Positions 38,588 through 47,244 of a DNA stretch of 64,000 bases are shown here, piece by piece. Origin of the DNA: Anaerolineales bacterium (GTDB taxonomy: Bacteria > Chloroflexota > Anaerolineae > Anaerolineales > Villigracilaceae); NCBI GenBank assembly GCA_034431895.1, contig DAOUCM010000094.1, forward strand, positions 22,752 to 86,751. Direction: 5' to 3'. The notes beneath the pieces are model-generated. The model did no database searches. It was not told the DNA's origin and saw only the letters and a list, made by a program, of their open reading frames with translations. Made by a program: the position numbers and the translations under genes. Numbering within the stretch: position 1 is the stretch's first letter; each line of letters opens with the position of its first letter.

Positions 38588-39185
38588 GCTTGCCTCCTTC
38601 GATTTCTTTGGCGCGTTTCAAGATGGCTTTGAGTTGCTGTATGCCCTTGATCCGCTTGGGAGTGATACTCATGCGCTGTTTGCTCAACAATCCCATTCCC
38701 ATCGGAGCCATGCCCGGCAGACGCAACGGAAAGTGCTTCAAGTAATGGCGAGTTGCTAAGCCAAACTCATAACTGCGCCCATATTCTTCGACCATATCCA
38801 CAAAGGTCTGGGAGAAGTCAGGCGCAGTGGAATCCTGATAGAGTTTTGCCTCGATCGCCATCCCTTTGAGGGTATACATGACATCTGCAATATGCACATT
38901 TTGCGGACAGCGCACCACGCAGTGATAACAGGAGACACAAATCCACGGCGTATTGCTCATCAATGCTGCCTGCCTCATGCCTGCCCGCAGCATGGCAAAT
39001 AACATGCGCGGGGTATGGTCCATATCCGCTGCGGCGGGGCAAGAACCGCCGCATGTCCCACACTGGATACACATTTCCAGGCGCGAAACGCCAGCGGTGC
39101 GAGCCGAGACCTCTTCCAGCAAGGTCAGATCTTCGATTTGCTTTGGTACAGTCGTAGGGAGATCGAGCGTTTGGGGTGTAACCAT
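38580..39185 (-). CDS. hdrC: Heterodisulfide reductase subunit C-like (2 x 4Fe-4S)
   Basis: CIQCGTCGGSCP and CVSCYHCVVRCP motifs. First gene of the hdr-mvh string. Confidence 0.85.
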   Translation of the reverse strand: MVTPQTLDLPTTVPKQIEDLTLLEEVSARTAGVSRLEMCIQCGTCGGSCPAAADMDHTPRMLFAMLRAGMRQAALMSNTPWICVSCYHCVVRCPQNVHIADVMYTLKGMAIEAKLYQDSTAPDFSQTFVDMVEEYGRSYEFGLATRHYLKHFPLRLPGMAPMGMGLLSKQRMSITPKRIKGIQQLKAILKRAKEIEGGKHG

Positions 39186-39270
39186 AGGAGTCCTCTTTGC
39201 CTCGAAAAATAGAATCGTGGTCGAAGCGCGGGCAATGATGAAAGTGCGAGGATTTGCGCCTCTTATACTA

Positions 39271-39286
39271 TGTGATTTTTGTCACA
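39271..39286. promoter_or_regulatory. Perfect CRP/FNR-family type palindrome TGTGA-N6-TCACA
   Basis: TGTGATTTTTGTCACA, read directly. Centred ~93 bp upstream of the hdrC ATG (39185) and ~280 bp upstream of the ubiA-1 ATG. Confidence 0.4.
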
Positions 39287-39302
39287 ATTAAGTAAGTACG
39301 GG

Positions 39303-39325
39303 ATGTCACTGTTATTCGGTGACAT
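39303..39325. promoter_or_regulatory. Second palindrome ATGTCAC-N9-GTGACAT in the hdrC/ubiA divergent region
   Basis: Read directly. It shares the TGTCAC half-site with the CRP-like box. Confidence 0.3.
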
Positions 39326-39558
39326 TCATCACGAATTGCTTTTTTTCTTGTCTGTACAACTTTGCGGGGTGGGCCAAAGTTGTATGGTCATTTTGTTGTC
39401 AAACCTGCCGTTTGGTCTCTTCTCGAGAAAGAAAGGGAAAGCGAGGGGTTTCGTGTAGGTGAGCAGCGTCCCAAAAGCCCCTGGCGCCCTGATTTATCGA
39501 GAGGATACCCCCATTTGATATAATGATACTTGTTCAATCCAATTTAGAGGAGTCCAGT

Positions 39559-40590
39559 ATGAAACTCAATTTTGCCATGTGGCGCAAAGCCTTGAACGTC
39601 ATCCCCGATGTTAGCAAGGAAGAGTGGGATAAACTCGATGTGGTTTCCCGCTGGTTGATTTCTACGCGGGCTGCGGTTCTCATTATGACCTTTCTCTCCG
39701 CGGCTTTGGCTGGTCTTTTTGCCTTGCGCGACCATGCTTTTCGATTTCTGCCCTGGCTGGCGTTGGCGTTGGGATTGATCCTTGCTCATGCCGCCAACAA
39801 CATTTTCAACGATTTCACTGATTTCGTGCGCGGCGTGGACAAGGACAATTACTTCCGCACCCTGTATGGCGCACAGCCAATTGCCAGTGGCCTGATGACC
39901 AAGCGTCAGCATTTGACTTACTTTGCTGTCACCGCTTTCCTGGCCTTGGCGGCTGGGGTGTATTTGATCGCCGTCAACCAGTGGGACCCGCTGATATGGA
40001 TTTTGCTTGGCCTGGGCGCGTTCTTCGTCCTGTTCTACACCTGGCCGCTCAAGGGGCTGGCATTGGGTGAATTGGCCGTCCTCATTGTGTGGGGACCCTT
40101 GATGATTGGAGGCGGTTATTACGTTTTGGTGCATGTTTGGGACTGGAATGTGGTCATTGCCAGCCTGCCCTACGTCCTCGGCGTGACGACCGTCATCTTT
40201 GGCAAACACATTGACAAACTCGAAGTGGACCGCGCCAAGAAGATTCACACCCTGCCGGTGTTGATCGGTGAGAAGGCTGCGCGGTACACTGTGCTGGCGA
40301 TGATGGTTCTGCCGTATCTCTTTACCGCGTACCTGGTGGCGGCCAAATTCTTCACGCCGCTGATGGGGATCGTCTTACTTGCCTTGCCGACCTTCTTCAA
40401 GGTGTACCCGGCCTTCCTCGAACCCAAACCTGCTCAACGCCCTGCTGAATTTCCCGATGGACAGGGAGGCTGGCCGCTTTACTTTGCGCCGCTGGCTTTC
40501 TGGAACAATCGTTCCTATGGGACCCTGTTCATGCTCGGCTTGTTGTTGGACGTGGCCCTGCGACTGATTTTCCCGGCCTTCTGGCGTTAA
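39559..40590 (+). CDS. UbiA-superfamily prenyltransferase, paralog 1 (MenA-like motif)
   Basis: Start at ATG 39559, after GAGGAG. Contains HAANNIFNDFTDFVRGVDKDN (NDxxDxxxGxD) and ~9 TM segments. Confidence 0.85.
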   Translation: MKLNFAMWRKALNVIPDVSKEEWDKLDVVSRWLISTRAAVLIMTFLSAALAGLFALRDHAFRFLPWLALALGLILAHAANNIFNDFTDFVRGVDKDNYFRTLYGAQPIASGLMTKRQHLTYFAVTAFLALAAGVYLIAVNQWDPLIWILLGLGAFFVLFYTWPLKGLALGELAVLIVWGPLMIGGGYYVLVHVWDWNVVIASLPYVLGVTTVIFGKHIDKLEVDRAKKIHTLPVLIGEKAARYTVLAMMVLPYLFTAYLVAAKFFTPLMGIVLLALPTFFKVYPAFLEPKPAQRPAEFPDGQGGWPLYFAPLAFWNNRSYGTLFMLGLLLDVALRLIFPAFWR

Positions 40591-40660
40591 GCATCTCCAA
40601 TGCGCTTGCACTTTTTTTCACAAGACGTTGTATAATTTCTCTGCGAAAGGAAGGAAGCCG

Positions 40661-41785
40661 ATGAAAATCAATTTTGCCATGTGGAAAAAAGCATCCTGGG
40701 AACTTATCAAAATGGACGATAAGAAAGAATGGGATGCGCTGGATGTCATCTCGAAGTGGTTGATTGCCACCCGTTCCGCCGTCACGACTGTGACGCTCTA
40801 CTCGGCTGTCATCGCTGGCTTGTTGGCCTGGCGAGATGGCGTATTTGCCTGGCTGCCCTGGCTCATCACGGCTCTGGGTTTGTTCGTTGCCCATGGCACC
40901 AATAACCTGCTCAACGATTACACCGATTACAGCCGCGGCATAGACAAAGATAACTATTTTCGCACCCAGTACGGCGTGCATCCCCTTGTGCAGGGCTTTT
41001 GGACCAAGTCGCAGCAGATTCAGTGGTTCATTGTTAGCGGTGTGATTGCAACCCTGGCAGGGATTTATGCTGTCTTTTACACGCAGTTCAATCCTACCGT
41101 GATTGGCCTGTTCGTGTTGGGCGCGCTCATCCTGCTTTTCTACACCTGGCCGCTCAAGTACTGGGCGCTGGGTGAACTGGCCATCTTCCTCATCTGGGGA
41201 CCCATCATGATCGCTGGCGTTTACCTTGTCCTGTCGGGCCGCTGGGATTGGAACGTGGCCCTGGCCGGCGTCCCTTTTGGTTTGAGCGTGGCCAGTATCA
41301 ACGTCTCCAAGCATATTGACAAAATGCAAGACGACAAGGCCAAAGGGGTGGGCACCTTTCCTGTGCGTGTTGGACAGACCTTTGCCCGCCTGACCAACAT
41401 TGCCATGTTCTTGTTCATTTACGGCGTAATCATTTATCTGGCGGTTGATGGTTACTTTTCTACCTTCATCCTGCTACCGCTGTTTGCTCTGCGGCGCGCC
41501 TTCTTTGCCGTAGCCGTGTTGTCCAAGCCGCGTCCCGATGGCCCGCCCAAAGGCTTCGAGGCTTTTTGGCCCACTTGGTTTTCCGGTTTCAGTTTCTACC
41601 ATAATCGCTTGTTTGGCGGCTTGTTCATCCTGGGCGTCTTGCTGGATGTGTTCTTTCGTCAGTTTACATTGCCGTTGCCGCTCAATACGCTGGGCTGGAT
41701 TGTCTTTGGCCTTTTTGCCATGATTGCCATCGTCCGCTTTGCGCTCGATAAGACCAGAAAAAAAGCAGAAGCGCCGACTGAATGA
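40661..41785 (+). CDS. UbiA-superfamily prenyltransferase, paralog 2
   Basis: Start at ATG 40661, after AAGGAAGG. The N-terminus MKINFAMWKK parallels MKLNFAMWRK in paralog 1. Contains HGTNNLLNDYTDYSRGIDKDN. Confidence 0.85.
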   Translation: MKINFAMWKKASWELIKMDDKKEWDALDVISKWLIATRSAVTTVTLYSAVIAGLLAWRDGVFAWLPWLITALGLFVAHGTNNLLNDYTDYSRGIDKDNYFRTQYGVHPLVQGFWTKSQQIQWFIVSGVIATLAGIYAVFYTQFNPTVIGLFVLGALILLFYTWPLKYWALGELAIFLIWGPIMIAGVYLVLSGRWDWNVALAGVPFGLSVASINVSKHIDKMQDDKAKGVGTFPVRVGQTFARLTNIAMFLFIYGVIIYLAVDGYFSTFILLPLFALRRAFFAVAVLSKPRPDGPPKGFEAFWPTWFSGFSFYHNRLFGGLFILGVLLDVFFRQFTLPLPLNTLGWIVFGLFAMIAIVRFALDKTRKKAEAPTE

Positions 41786-41789
41786 GCAT

Positions 41790-42221
41790 GTAACGCAAGT
41801 TTCTAACTTGCGTGGACAGGTCAGAGACCTGTCCTACGTAGCGCGAGTTTCCAACTTGCGCGGACAGGTCAGAGACCTGTCCTACGTAGCGAGAGTTTCC
41901 AACTTGCGTGGACAGGTCAGAGACCTGTCCTACGTAGCGCGAGTTTCTAACTTGTGCGGACAGGTCAGAGAGCTGTCCTACGTAGCGCGAGTTTCCAACT
42001 TGCGCGGACAGGTCAGAGAGCTGTCCTACGTAATGCGAGTTTCTAACTTGTGCGGACAGGTCAGAGAGCTGTCCTACGTAGCGCGAGTTTCCAACTTGCG
42101 TGGACAGGTCAGAGACCTGTCCTACGTAGTGCGAGTTTCCAACTTGCGCGGACAGGTCAGAGACCTGTCCTACGTAGTGCAAGTTTCTAACTTGTGCGGA
42201 CAGGTCAGAGACCTGTCCTAC
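41790..42221. repeat. Nine head-to-tail 48-bp tandem repeats, each with two hairpins
   Basis: Consensus unit is GTAGCGCGAGTTTCCAACTTGCGCGGACAGGTCAGAGACCTGTCCTAC. Units start at 41790 + 48n. There are no spacers, and a few point variants per unit. Confidence 0.97.
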
Positions 42222-42254
42222 GGGGCGAATGAATCTGTTACAATACGCCCTTGC

Positions 42255-43877
42255 ATGGATAAGAAACCGCGCTTCCTACATTCCCTGGCGCTTCTTTTGC
42301 TCTTTGGCCTGGGGCTGGCCATCCGCCTGTACGACCTGACTGACCTGCCGCTGGATTTTCACCCTACGCGCCAGTTGTTCTCGGCGGTCAAGGCGCGCGG
42401 CATGTATTATCAGACGCGCTGGGACCTGCCAAACTGGCAGCGCACGCTGGCGATCCAGCAATGGAAGTCTAAGGTGACGGTGGAGCCAGAGATTATGGAA
42501 CATCTGGCGGCCTTCACCTACCGCTATCTCGGCGAACAGTTGTGGCTTCCACGCTTGTATTCGGCGCTGTTTTGGCTGGCTGGGGGCGTTTTTTTGTACC
42601 TTCTCGCGCGTAGACTGGCCTCCACCGGCGGTGCATTTCGACAGGCTCGATGCGGCGCGCTGCTGGCGGTGGCCTTCTACCTTTTCACACCCTACGCAGT
42701 CTTCGCCAGCCGCAGTTTCCAGCCCGACCCGTTGATGGTGATGCTGCTTTTGGCGTTCTGGTGGCTGATTGACCGTTGGGCCGCGTCCCCTTCCGTTTCA
42801 CGTTTTCCGTTTCACATTTCACCTTCCTGGCTGTTTGCCATTCTTGCCGCTCTCGTGGGTGGACTGGCGATCTATGTCAAATTGACGGCGGCCTTCTTTG
42901 TCATTGGGGGAGCGTTGGGAGCCGCTCTCGCTCGCCGGCACCTGCGCGACCTGCTGCGAGATCCGCAGGTTTGGGTGATGGCCGCCTTGGGCGCATTGCC
43001 GGGCCTCTCCTGGGCACTGACCAGCGGACTGGCGTCCAATTACCTGGGCGAGGAGGTGAACTCGCGTTTTGTGCCTGCCTTGTTGGTCAGCCCGTCGTTT
43101 TACTTGCAATGGCAGAACAAGATCACCATGGTGACGGGAAGTTTGGGCGTTGCTCTGGCTTTGCTGGGGCTATTCTTCTTTCGAGAGGGCCGGGCGCGCA
43201 TTTTTCTGGCCGGGTTGTGGCTGTCTTACCTGTTGTTTGGACTGTATTTCGATTATCATATCTCCACCCATGATTATTATAGCCTGCCGCTCATCCCCAT
43301 TGCGGCGCTCTCGTTGGCGGCGATGGGGGAGCGGTTTTGTGATTGGGCCGCGCAGAACGCCTCGGAAACGGAAGCAGGCCGCGGCTGGGTCTGGAAGCGG
43401 GGTGCGTTTCGACAGGCTTGGTATGGCGCGTTGGTTGCCGTCTTGCTCTATGGCCTGTTTTCCGTTGTGTGGTCCATCCGCAATGAGATGAAAGCCGTGA
43501 ACTACCGTCCACAAGCAGCCTGCTGGCAGGAAATCGGCGCGGCGCTGGGGCGCGAGGCCTCGGTGATCGCCCTCAGCCAGGACTACGGGCTGCGGCTGGC
43601 GTATTGGGGTTGGCAGGAGGCCGCCGTTTGGCCGTCTTCGGGAGACGTGTACCGCGCGCAGGTGGTTGGCGGCGGGCGCGATTTCGAGGCCTTTTTCGAG
43701 AAAATGGCCGGCAAGAAACGTTTTTTCTTGGTGACCGACATGGACGATTTTGCACGTCAGCCCGAATTGCAATCGTTGTTGGCCGATTATCCCGTTTATG
43801 CGCAGGGGGAGGGCTTCTCTGATTGTCAGAGATATGTCATTTACGATTTGCAGCCTGCTCTCGAGGCGCGGCCATGA
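42255..43877 (+). CDS. GT-C fold membrane glycosyltransferase (family 39/83, ArnT/PMT-like), paralog 1
   Basis: Start placed at ATG 42255 by alignment with paralog 2 (both have GL(A/G)IRL(Y/F)[25 protein letters not shown]). About 11 or more TM segments plus a C-terminal soluble domain. Confidence 0.8.
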   Translation: MDKKPRFLHSLALLLLFGLGLAIRLYDLTDLPLDFHPTRQLFSAVKARGMYYQTRWDLPNWQRTLAIQQWKSKVTVEPEIMEHLAAFTYRYLGEQLWLPRLYSALFWLAGGVFLYLLARRLASTGGAFRQARCGALLAVAFYLFTPYAVFASRSFQPDPLMVMLLLAFWWLIDRWAASPSVSRFPFHISPSWLFAILAALVGGLAIYVKLTAAFFVIGGALGAALARRHLRDLLRDPQVWVMAALGALPGLSWALTSGLASNYLGEEVNSRFVPALLVSPSFYLQWQNKITMVTGSLGVALALLGLFFFREGRARIFLAGLWLSYLLFGLYFDYHISTHDYYSLPLIPIAALSLAAMGERFCDWAAQNASETEAGRGWVWKRGAFRQAWYGALVAVLLYGLFSVVWSIRNEMKAVNYRPQAACWQEIGAALGREASVIALSQDYGLRLAYWGWQEAAVWPSSGDVYRAQVVGGGRDFEAFFEKMAGKKRFFLVTDMDDFARQPELQSLLADYPVYAQGEGFSDCQRYVIYDLQPALEARP

Positions 43878-44794
43878 CCGACGCCTCTCCCATTTTGGTC
43901 ACAGGCGCGCACCGCAGCGGCACCACTTGGGTCGGCAAGATGCTGGCCGCCAACCCGCGCACGGCCTACATCAGCGAGCCGCTCAACGTTTGGCACAGGC
44001 CCGGCGTGCTGGGCGCGCCGGTCGAAAAGTGGTACACCTACCTGTGCGAGGAAAACGAATCCGCCTACCTGCCGGCTTTCCGCCAGACGCTGGCCTTTCG
44101 CTATGGCTTGGGGCGCGAGATGCGCGCGCTGCGTTCCCGCAAGGATGCCCTGCGGATGGCGCGCGACTTCGGCATCTTTCTGCGCGGTCGGCTGTTCCGC
44201 CAGCGACCGCTGCTCAAGGACCCCTTCGCCGTCTTCTCGATGCCCTGGTTTGCCTCGCGGCTGGGCTGCCGGGTGGTCGTCACCGTCCGACATCCGGCTG
44301 CCTTTGCCAGCAGTCTCAAGCGCTTGAATTGGCCGTTCGATTTCCGCGACCTGCTCGCTCAGCCGCTCTTGATGCGCGACTGGCTGGAAGAAGACCGCGC
44401 CGCGATGGAGGCCATGCCCGCGGACGACCTCGTTGGCCAGGCGGCGCTGCTGTGGCGGATGATCTACCGCGTCGTCGCCCGGACCCGAGACCTGCTCCCG
44501 TCTCTCGTCGTTGTCCGCCACGAAGACCTCTCCCGCGACCCCGTCCCCGGCTACCGCGCGCTATACGCGGCCCTCGGCCTGGACTTTACCCCCCGAGTCG
44601 AACGGGCTATCTTGAACGCCAGCAGTTCCGAAAACCCGAAAGAATTGTCGAAGAAAAAGGTTCACGCCGTCAAACTGGACAGCCGCGCCAACCTGGACAA
44701 CTGGAAGAAACGCCTGGAGGCTGCCGACATTCTCCGCATCCGCCAGGCTTGCGAGGACGTTGCGGCATCTTTCTATTCTGATTCGGATTGGTAG
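43874..44794 (+). CDS. Sulfotransferase-family protein 1
   Basis: 5'-PSB-like loop ILVTGAHRSGTTWVGKML and 3'-PB-like VVTVRHPAAFASS. ATGA overlap with the upstream GT-C gene. Confidence 0.8.
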   Translation: MTDASPILVTGAHRSGTTWVGKMLAANPRTAYISEPLNVWHRPGVLGAPVEKWYTYLCEENESAYLPAFRQTLAFRYGLGREMRALRSRKDALRMARDFGIFLRGRLFRQRPLLKDPFAVFSMPWFASRLGCRVVVTVRHPAAFASSLKRLNWPFDFRDLLAQPLLMRDWLEEDRAAMEAMPADDLVGQAALLWRMIYRVVARTRDLLPSLVVVRHEDLSRDPVPGYRALYAALGLDFTPRVERAILNASSSENPKELSKKKVHAVKLDSRANLDNWKKRLEAADILRIRQACEDVAASFYSDSDW

Positions 44795-44848
44795 TAAATC
44801 GTAACGAAAATTTATTCGGCGCATTTCATTCGATTGGGTAACGAACTC

Positions 44849-46372
44849 ATGGAAGAAACGACTTCATCCTTTTGGGGCAAGCCTCGCCTTGTGACCGCCA
44901 TCGTATTGCTGGCCTTCGCGCTCGGCCTCGGCATCCGCCTGTTCGACCTGACCGACCTGCCGCTGGACTTCAACCCCACGCGCCAGTTGTTCTCGGCCAT
45001 CAAAGCGCGCGGCATGTATTATCAGTATGCAAGCGGCGTCCCCGATTGGCAGCGCGAGATGGCGATTGCGCAATGGCAGGCCAAAGCCGACGTGGAGCCG
45101 CCCGTCATCGAGACTCTGACGGCCGGGCTGTACTTGTTGTTCGGCGAGCATCTCTGGTTTGGGCGTCTCATTGCTTCCTTTGCCTGGTTGGTGGGCGGGC
45201 TGGCGTTGTACGCGCTGGCCCGGCGCATCGCCTCGGCGGATGGCGCGTTGTTGGCCCTGTTGTATTACTTGTTTCTGGATTTTGGTGTTATCGCCAGCCG
45301 TTCCTTTCAGCCCGACCCGTTGATGGTGGGGTTGACGCTGGCCGCGTTGTGGGCCTTCGACCGCTGGCTGGAAGCGCGCACCTGGACATGGACGGTCGCA
45401 GCCGGGCTGCTGGCCGGGCTGGCGATTTTCGTCAAGAACGTAGCGGTCTTTCCCTTGCTGGGTGCGTTTGCCCTGATGCTCCTGTCCACGCGCGGGTGGA
45501 GGGCCGCCCTCCAGGACCGGCAGGCCTGGGCGCTGGCGCTGCTCACGGCGTTGCCGACGATAATTTACATGGTGGATGGGCTGTACATCTCCAAAGACGT
45601 AGAACTGGCCATGGGACTGCGCTTCTTCCCGAACCTGTGGCTCGACCCTGGTTTCTACGTGCGCTGGAAGAACATCATAGACAATACGCTTGGCTTTGGG
45701 CCGTTCCTGTTGGCGCTGCTCGGCATCTTCCTGGCCAGGGTGGGGCGGGAACGCGCTCTATTGCTTGGAACCTTGCTCGGCTACCTGGCCTATGGTTTTG
45801 CACTTTCCTATCACATCAGCACGCACAACTATTACCAGTTGCCGTTGGTGGTCTTCGTTGCTCTCTCTCTGTCGGTGGTGGGAAAGAGCCTGTTCCAGGC
45901 GCTGGCGCAGGTCAACGGGAAGTCGGCCTGGACGCGCCTGGCGGTGGGCGCCATCCTGCTGCTGGGGGTGGGCGCAGAGATGTGGGCCGTGCGCGTCGAA
46001 CTGGTCAAAGACGATTTTCGCTCCGAGCCGCAGTTTTGGGCCGACCTGGGCGACAAACTGGGACATACCACGCCCGTCCTCGGCCTGACGCAAGATTACG
46101 GCAACCGCCTGGAGTATTGGGGCTGGCAATACGTGGACGAATGGCCGACCACCGGCGACCAAAACCTGCGAGAACTGGCCGGCAAGGCCAAAACGTTCGA
46201 GGAGGTCTTCGCTGACCGCATCGCCGGCAAGCGCTATTTCGTCATCACCAACTTCAACCAGTTCGAGCGCCAACCAGACTTGCAGGAGCGCCTGTCTTCC
46301 GCTTATCCCATCCTCGAGCAGACGCCCGAATATCTGATCTTCGACCTCGAACATCCGCTCGACCAGCCATGA
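44849..46372 (+). CDS. GT-C fold membrane glycosyltransferase (ArnT/PMT-like), paralog 2
   Basis: Collinear similarity to 42255..43877 over the whole length ([33 protein letters not shown]). ATG 44849 is preferred over TTG 44834. Confidence 0.8.
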   Translation: MEETTSSFWGKPRLVTAIVLLAFALGLGIRLFDLTDLPLDFNPTRQLFSAIKARGMYYQYASGVPDWQREMAIAQWQAKADVEPPVIETLTAGLYLLFGEHLWFGRLIASFAWLVGGLALYALARRIASADGALLALLYYLFLDFGVIASRSFQPDPLMVGLTLAALWAFDRWLEARTWTWTVAAGLLAGLAIFVKNVAVFPLLGAFALMLLSTRGWRAALQDRQAWALALLTALPTIIYMVDGLYISKDVELAMGLRFFPNLWLDPGFYVRWKNIIDNTLGFGPFLLALLGIFLARVGRERALLLGTLLGYLAYGFALSYHISTHNYYQLPLVVFVALSLSVVGKSLFQALAQVNGKSAWTRLAVGAILLLGVGAEMWAVRVELVKDDFRSEPQFWADLGDKLGHTTPVLGLTQDYGNRLEYWGWQYVDEWPTTGDQNLRELAGKAKTFEEVFADRIAGKRYFVITNFNQFERQPDLQERLSSAYPILEQTPEYLIFDLEHPLDQP

Positions 46373-47181
46373 CCTCCTTGCCTGACTTGCCGCTCGTCTC
46401 GATTGTCACCCCTTCTTTCAATCAGGCCGCCTTCCTGGAGGAGACCATTCGCTCGGTGCTGGCGCAGGATTACCCGCGCATAGAATATCTCATTGTAGAT
46501 GGCGGCTCGACCGATGGCAGCGTGGAAATCATCCAGAAATATGCCGACAACCTGGCCTGGTGGGTGAGCGAGAAAGACCAGGGGCAGACCGATGCCCTCA
46601 ACAAAGGGTTTGCGCGCGCCAGCGGCCAGATCTTTGCCTGGCTCAACTCGGACGATACTTACACTCCGGGCGCGGTCTCGGCGGCCGTTGCTTTTCTGCG
46701 CCAGCATCCCGAAGTCGGCCTGGTGTATGCGGACGCCCACTTCATTGACGAGAGAGGCAAGCGCATTGGTTCGTTCCCGGCTGCACAGACCGATTACCGC
46801 CGCTTGCGGCAGGGCTATGTCCACATCCCGCAGCAGAGCGCCTTCTTCCGGGCGGACTTGTGGCGTCAGGTGGGGCCGCTCGACCCGTCCTTTTACTTTG
46901 CTATGGATTACGACTTGTGGGTGCGGATTGCCCGCCGCGCGCCCATCCGTTACTTGCCTGGTCAGGTATGGGCGAATTTCCGCTTGCATTCCCGCGGTAA
47001 GACGCTTGCCGCCGACGAGCGCTGCTGGCCGGAGATGTTGCGCGTCCATTATCGCGACGGCGGCAGTTTCTTCTCGATTCTGGTGGCAAAATACTACTTC
47101 AGGAAACTGATTGCCCCCCTTTGGCTCCAATTGCGCAACCGCCGCCTTGGCGGTGTAGCAGGTAGACAGGTAGAAAGGTAG
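46369..47181 (+). CDS. Family 2 glycosyltransferase
   Basis: [27 protein letters not shown]...[10 protein letters not shown]...WLNSDD (DxD). ATGA overlap with the upstream gene. Confidence 0.9.
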   Translation: MTSLPDLPLVSIVTPSFNQAAFLEETIRSVLAQDYPRIEYLIVDGGSTDGSVEIIQKYADNLAWWVSEKDQGQTDALNKGFARASGQIFAWLNSDDTYTPGAVSAAVAFLRQHPEVGLVYADAHFIDERGKRIGSFPAAQTDYRRLRQGYVHIPQQSAFFRADLWRQVGPLDPSFYFAMDYDLWVRIARRAPIRYLPGQVWANFRLHSRGKTLAADERCWPEMLRVHYRDGGSFFSILVAKYYFRKLIAPLWLQLRNRRLGGVAGRQVER

Positions 47182-47244
47182 AAAGGTACACAGGTATCCC
47201 CTATCCCGTCACTCCTATCTTGCAACCCCTCTCCCACGCCCCGC

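Noticed and set aside
41682-42182. A minus-strand 166-aa ORF with HYVGQVSDLSAQVGNS repeats.
   Set aside because: It is the antisense shadow of the 48-bp repeat array. It has no start context and runs into the ubiA-2 3' end.
41790-42221. A CRISPR array, considered here and also for 14521..14760.
   Set aside because: The repeats are directly contiguous with no unique spacers. There are no cas genes in the window, and the unit lengths (48 and 60 bp) and internal double palindromes do not fit.
41724-42254. The long plus-strand ORF (41724..43877) would add a 177-aa N-terminal extension, with nine 16-aa repeats (VSNLRGQVRDLSYVAR), to the GT-C glycosyltransferase.
   Set aside because: The extension starts inside the ubiA-2 coding region. 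Paralog 2 (44849..46372) aligns from MDKKPRF/…GKPRL onward and has no such extension. The repeat period is a multiple of 3, which keeps frames open artefactually. The DNA is better explained as hairpin repeats.
43750-46215. Alternative-frame plus-strand ORFs 43750..44781 (343 aa) and 44872..46215 (447 aa).
   Set aside because: They are Arg/Pro/Gly/Ala-rich out-of-frame shadows of the sulfotransferase and GT-C genes, whose own frames carry clear family motifs.
47150-47200. Short AGGTAGA(A/C)AGG iterations at the end of the GT2 gene.
   Set aside because: There are only ~3 imperfect copies, they partly lie in coding sequence, and this is consistent with chance or minor slippage.
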